From: Eledone cirrhosa
Taxonomy: Eukaryota
Length of the DNA: 64,000 nucleotides
Direction: 5' to 3'
Assembly: GCA_964016885.1 (NCBI GenBank)
Contig: OZ024743.1
Coordinates: forward strand, 280,860,001 to 280,924,000
Shown one piece after another: positions 57,701 to 64,000 of this stretch. The position numbers and the translations under genes are program-made. Each line of letters starts with the position of its first letter. Within the stretch, counting starts at the first letter, position 1. Under the pieces are notes generated by a model. It was not told the origin of the DNA, ran no database searches, and was given only the letters and a program-made list of their open reading frames with translations.

Positions 57701-60700
57701 AAAATATACCGTACAGTAACACTGTTTAGTCTACACTATATCGTGCTGTATATTATTGTGTACTCTAAAATTTAACTTACAGTAACACTGTTTAGTCTAC
57801 ACTATTCCGTGTTGTATATTACTGTGTACTCTAAAATATACCGTACATTAACACTGTTTAGTTTACACTATACTGTGCTGTATATTACTGTGTACTCTAA
57901 AATATTCTGTACAGTAACAATGTTCAGTCTATACTATGCCGTGCTGTATATTACTGTGTACTCTAAAATATATCGTACATTAACACCGTTTAGTCTATAC
58001 TATGCCGTGCTGTATATTACTCTGTACTCTAAAATATACCGTACAGTAACACTGTTGAGTCTACACTATGCCGTGCTGTATATTACTGCGTACTCTAAAA
58101 TATACCGTACAGTAACACTGTTTAGTCTATACTATGCCGTGCTGTATATAACTGTGTACTCTAAAATATGCCGTAAAGTAACACTGTTTAGTCTACACTA
58201 TGCCGTGCTGTATATTACTGTGAACTCTAAAATACACCGTATAGTTACACCGTACATTTACACTGTTTAGTCTACACTATGCCGTGCTGTATATTACTGT
58301 GAACTCTAAAATATACCGTACAGTAACACTGTTTAGTCTACACTATGCCGTGCTGTATATTACTGTGTACACTAAAATATACCGTACATTAACACTGTTT
58401 AGTTTACACTATGCTGTGCTGTATATTACCGTGTACTCTAAAATATTCCGTACAGTAACACTGTTCAGTCTATACTATGCCGTGCTGTATATTACAATGT
58501 GTACTCTAAAATATACCGTACAGTAACACTGTTTAGTCTACACTATGCCCTACTGTATATTACTGTGTACTCTAAAATATACCGTACAGTAACACTGTTT
58601 AGTCTATACTATGCCGTGCTGTATATTACTGTGTACTCTAAAATATACCGTAAAGTAACACTGTTTAGTCTACACTATGCCGTGCTGTATATTACTGTGA
58701 ACTCTAAAATACACCGTATAGTTACACCGTACATTTACACTGTTTAGTCTACACTATGCCGTGCTGTATATTACTGTGAACTCTAAAATATACCGTACAG
58801 TAACACTGTTTAGTCTACACTATGCCGTGCTGTATATTACTGTGTACACTAAAATATACCGTACATTAACACTGTTTAGTTTACACTATGCTGTGCTGTA
58901 TATTACCGTGTACTCTAAAATATTCCGTACAGTAACACTGTTCAGTCTATACTATGCCGTGCTGTATATTACAATGTGTACTCTAAAATATACCGTACAG
59001 TAACACTGTTTAGTCTACACTATGCCCTACTGTATATTACTGTGTACTCTAAAATATACCGTACAGTAACACTGTTTAGTCTACACTATGTCGTGCTGTA
59101 TATTATTGTGTACTCTAAAATATACCGTACAGTAACACTGTTTAGTCTACACTATGCCGTGCTGTATATTACTGTGTACTCTAAAATATACCGTACAGTA
59201 ACACTGTTTAGTCTACACTATGTCGTGCTGTATATTATTGTGTACTCTAAAATATACCGTACAGTAACACTGCTTAGTCTACACTATGCCGTGCTGTATA
59301 TTACTGTGTACTCTAAAATATACCGTACAGTAACACTGTTTAGTCTATACTATGCCGTGCTGTATATTACTGTGTACTCTAAAATATACCGTACAATAAC
59401 ACTGTTTAGTCTACACTATACTGTGCTGTATATTACTGTGTACTCTAGAATATACCGTACAGTAACACTGTTTAGTCTACACTATGCCGTGCTGTATATT
59501 ACTGTGTACTCTAAAATATACCGTACAGTAACACTGTTTAGTCTACACTATGCTGTGCTGTATATTACTGTGTACTCTAAAATATACCGTACAGTAACAC
59601 TGTTCAGTCTATACTATGCCGTGCTGTATATTACTGTGTACTCTAATATATACCGTACAGTAACACTGTTTAGTCTATACTATGCCATGCTGTATATTAC
59701 TGTGTACTCTAAAATATACCGTACAGTGACAATGTTTAGTCTACACTATACTGTGCTGTATATTACTGTGTACTCTAACATATACTGTACGGTAACACTG
59801 TTTAGTCTATACTATGCCGTGCTGTATATTACTGTGTACCCTAAAATATACCGTACAGTAACCCTGTTTAGTCTACACTATGCCGTGCTGTATATTACTG
59901 TGTACTCTAAAATATACCGTACAGTAACACTGTTTAGTCTACACTATGTTGTGCTGTATATTACTGTGTATTCTAAAATATACCGTACAGTAACACTGTT
60001 TAGTCTACACTATGCTGTGCTGTATATTACTGTGTACTCTAAAATATACCGTACAGTAACACTGTTTAGTCTACACTATGCCATGCTGTATATTACTGTG
60101 TACTCTAAAATACACCGTACAGTTACACCGTACAGTTACACTGTTTAGTTTATACTATGCCGTGCTGTATATTACTGTGTACTCTAAAATATACCGTACA
60201 GTAACACTGTTTAGTCTATACAATGCGTGCTGTATATTACTGTGTACTATAAAATATACCGTACAGTAACACTGTCTAGTCTACACAATGCCGTGCTGTA
60301 TATTACTGTGTAGTCTAAAATATACCGTACAGTAACACTGTTTAGTCTACACTATGCCATGCTGTATATTACTGTGTACTCTAAAATACACCGTACAGTT
60401 ACACCGTACAGTTACACTGTTTAGTATACACTATGCCGTGCTGTATATTACTGTGTACTCTAAAATATACCGTACGGTAACACTGTTTAGTCTACACTAT
60501 GCTGTGCTGTATATTACTGTGTACTCTAAAATATACCGTACAGTAACACTGTTCAGTCTATACTATGCCGTGCTGTATATTACTGTGTACTCTAAAATAT
60601 ACCATACAGTAACACTGTTTAGTCTATACTATGCCGTGCTGTATAATACTGTATACTCTAAAATATACCGTACAGTAACACTGTTTAGTCTATACTATGC

Positions 60701-63700
60701 CGTGCTGTATATTACTGTGTACTCTAAAATATACCGTACAGTAACACTGTTTAGTCTACACTATACTGTGCTGTATATTACTGTGTACTCTAAAATATAC
60801 TGTGCAATAACACTGTTTAGTCTATACTATGCCGTGCCGTATATTACTGTGTACTCTAAAATATACCGTACAGTAACACTGTTTAGTCTACACTATGCCG
60901 TGCTGTATATTACCGTGTACTCTAAAATATACCGTACATTAACACTGTTTAGTTTACACTATGCTGTGCTGTATGTTACTGTGTACTCTAAAATATTCCG
61001 TACAGTAACACTGTTCAGTCTATACTATGCCGTGCTGTATATTACTGTGTACTCTAAAATATACCGTACAGTAACACTGTTTAGTCTACACTATGCTGTG
61101 CTGAATATTACTTTGTACTCTAAAATATACCGTACAGTAACACTGTTTAGTCTACACTATGCCGTGCTGTATATTACTGTGTACTCTAAAATATACCGTA
61201 CAGTAACATTGTTTAGTCTACACTATGCCGTGCTGTATATTATTGTGTACTCTAAAATATACCGTACAGTAACACTGTTTAGTCTACACTATGCCGTGCT
61301 GTATATTACTGTGTACTCTAAAATATACCGTCCAGTAACACTGTTTAGTCTATACTATGCCGTGCTGTATATTACTGTGTACTCTAAAATATACCGTACA
61401 GTAACACGGTTTAGTCTACACTATACTGTGCTTTATATTACTGTGTACTCTAAAATATATCGTACATTAACACCGTTTAGTCTATACTATGCCGTGCTGT
61501 ATATTACTCTGTACTCTAAAATATACCGTACAGTAACACTGTTTAGTCTACACTATGCCGTGCTGTATATTACTGCGTACTCTAAAATATACCGTACAGT
61601 AACACTGTTTAGTCTATACTATGCCGTGCTGTATATAACTGTGTACTCTAAAATATGCCGTAAAGTAACACTGTTTAGTCTACACTATGCCGTGCTGTAT
61701 ATTACTTTGAACTCTAAAATACACCGTATAGTTACACCGTACATTTACACTGTTTAGTCTACACTATGCCGTGCTGTATATTACTGTGAACTCTAAAATA
61801 TACCGTACAGTAACACTGTTTAGTCTACACTATGCCGTGCTGTATATTACTGTGTACACTAAAATATACCGTACATTAACACTGTTTAGTTTACACTATG
61901 CTGTGCTGTATATTACCGTGTACTCTAAAATATTCCGTACAGTAACACTGTTCAGTCTATACTATGCCGTGCTGTATATTACAATGTGTACTCTAAAATA
62001 TACCGTACAGTAACACTGTTTAGTCTACACTATGCCCTACTGTATATTACTGTGTACTCTAAAATATACCGTACAGTAACACTGTTTAGTCTATACTATG
62101 CCGTGCTGTATATTACTGTGTACTCTAAAATATACCGTACAGTAACACGGTTTAGTCTACACTATACTGTGCTGTATATTACTGTGTACTCTAAAATATA
62201 TCGTACATTAACACCGTTTAGTCTATACTATGCCGTGCTGTATATTACTCTGTACTCTAAAATATACCGTACAGTAACACTGTTTAGTCTACACTATGCC
62301 GTGCTGTATATTACTGCGTACTCTAAAATATACCGTACAGTAACACTGTTTAGTCTATACTATGCCGTGCTGTATATAACTGTGTACTCTAAAATATACC
62401 GTAAAGTAACACTGTTTAGTCTACACTATGCCGTGCTGTATATTACTGTGAACTCTAAAATACACCGTATAGTTACACCGTACATTTACACTGTTTAGTC
62501 TACACTATGCCGTGCTGTATATTACTGTGAACTCTAAAATATACCGTACAGTAACACTGTTTAGTCTACACTATGCCGTGCTGTATATTACTGTGTACAC
62601 TAAAATATACCGTACATTAACACTGTTTAGTTTACACTATGCTGTGCTGTATATTACCGTGTACTCTAAAATATTCCGTACAGTAACACTGTTCAGTCTA
62701 TACTATGCCGTGCTGTATATTACAATGTGTACTCTAAAATATACCGTACAGTAACACTGTTTAGTCTACACTATGCCCTACTGTATATTACTGTGTACTC
62801 TAAAATATACCGTACAGTAACACTGTTTAGTCTACACTATGCCGTGCTGTATATTACTGTGTACTCTAAAATATACCGTACAGTAACACTGTTTAGTCTA
62901 CACTATGCCGTGCTGTATATTACTGTGTACTCTAAAATATACCGTACAGTAACACTGTTTAGTCTACACTATGCCGTGCTGTATATTATTGTGTACTCTA
63001 AAATATACCGTACAGTAACACTGTTTAGTCTACACTATGCCGTGCTGTATATTACTGTGTACTCTAAAATATACCGTACAGTAACACTGTTTAGTCTATA
63101 CTATGCCGTGCTGTATATTACTGTGTACTCTAAAATATACCGTACAATAACACTGTTTAGTCTACACTATACTGTGCTCTATATTACTGTGTACTCTAAA
63201 ATATACCGTACAGTAACACTGTTTAGTCTACACTATGCCGTGCTGTATATTACTGTGTACTCTAAAATATACCGTACAGTAACACTGTTTAGTCTACACT
63301 ATGCTGTGCTGTATATTACTGTGTACTCTAAAATATACCGTACAGTAACACTGTTCAGTCTATACTATGCCGTGCTGTATATTACTGTGTACTCTAATAT
63401 ATACCGTACAGTAACACTGTTTAGTCTATACTATGCCATGCTGTATATTACTGTGTACTCTAAAATATACCGTACAGTAACAATGTTTAGTCTACACTAT
63501 ACTGTGCTGTATATTACTGTGTACTCTAACATATACTGTACGGTAACACTGTTTAGTCTATACTATGCCGTGCTGTATATTACTGTGTACCCTAAAATAT
63601 ACCGTACAGTAACCCTGTTTAGTCTACACTATGCCGTGCTGTATATTACTGTGTACTCTAAAATATACCGTACAGTAACACTGTTTAGTCTACACTATGC

Positions 63701-64000
63701 CGTGCTGTATATTATTGTGTACTCTAAAATTTAACTTACAGTAACACTGTTTAGTCTACACTATTCCGTGTTGTATATTACTGTGTACTCTAAAATATAC
63801 CGTACATTAACACTGTTTAGTTTACACTATACTGTGCTGTATATTACTGTGTACTCTAAAATATTCTGTACAGTAACAATGTTCAGTCTATACTATGCCG
63901 TGCTGTATATTACTGTGTACTCTAAAATATACCGTACAGTAACACTGTTTAGTCTACACTATGCCGTGCTGTATATTACTGTGTACTCTAAAATATACCG
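30768..64000. repeat. 66-bp satellite DNA array, ~500 monomers, running off the window end
   Basis: Consensus tctaaaatataccgtacagtaacactgtttagtctacactatgccgtgctgtatattactgtgtac, head-to-tail in one orientation, with 79-bp (+13) and 68-bp (+2) length variants. I saw no inserted foreign sequence. Confidence 0.99.

Noticed and set aside
30768-64000. CRISPR-like array or giant repeat-protein gene
   Set aside because: Monomers are contiguous with no unique spacers and no cas genes. Variants include amplified stops and frameshifts, so this is satellite DNA.

Overview
Eukaryotic, gene-free, repeat-saturated DNA. The microsatellite load and the tRNA-derived SINE sequences look like a coleoid cephalopod (Octopus-like); this is inference from recalled repeat families, not a database result. 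About 1-30.7 kb is a mosaic of (TA)n/(CA)n/(GA)n/(GGT)n tracts and mobile-element pieces: two 5'-truncated Penelope-like retroelements (PLEs) lying tail-to-tail, each with an inverted copy of its 3' end; hammerhead-ribozyme motifs in the PLE tails; several long hairpins; a non-autonomous Helitron; relics of R4/Dong, Tx1/L1-like, Jockey/CR1-like LINE and mariner elements; and SINEs. About 30.77-64 kb is a single array of roughly 500 copies of a 66-bp satellite, built from two related 32+34-bp halves and carrying nested higher-order repeats (477 bp, ~2.7 kb, ~4.9 kb, ~6 kb). I found no intact host protein-coding gene, and almost all ORF-track entries are repeat artefacts. The most interesting system is the PLE cluster at 4.9-11.6 kb, with three structurally covarying type I hammerheads and a minimal hammerhead with an unusual core. 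Boundaries were read by eye and are approximate unless stated.
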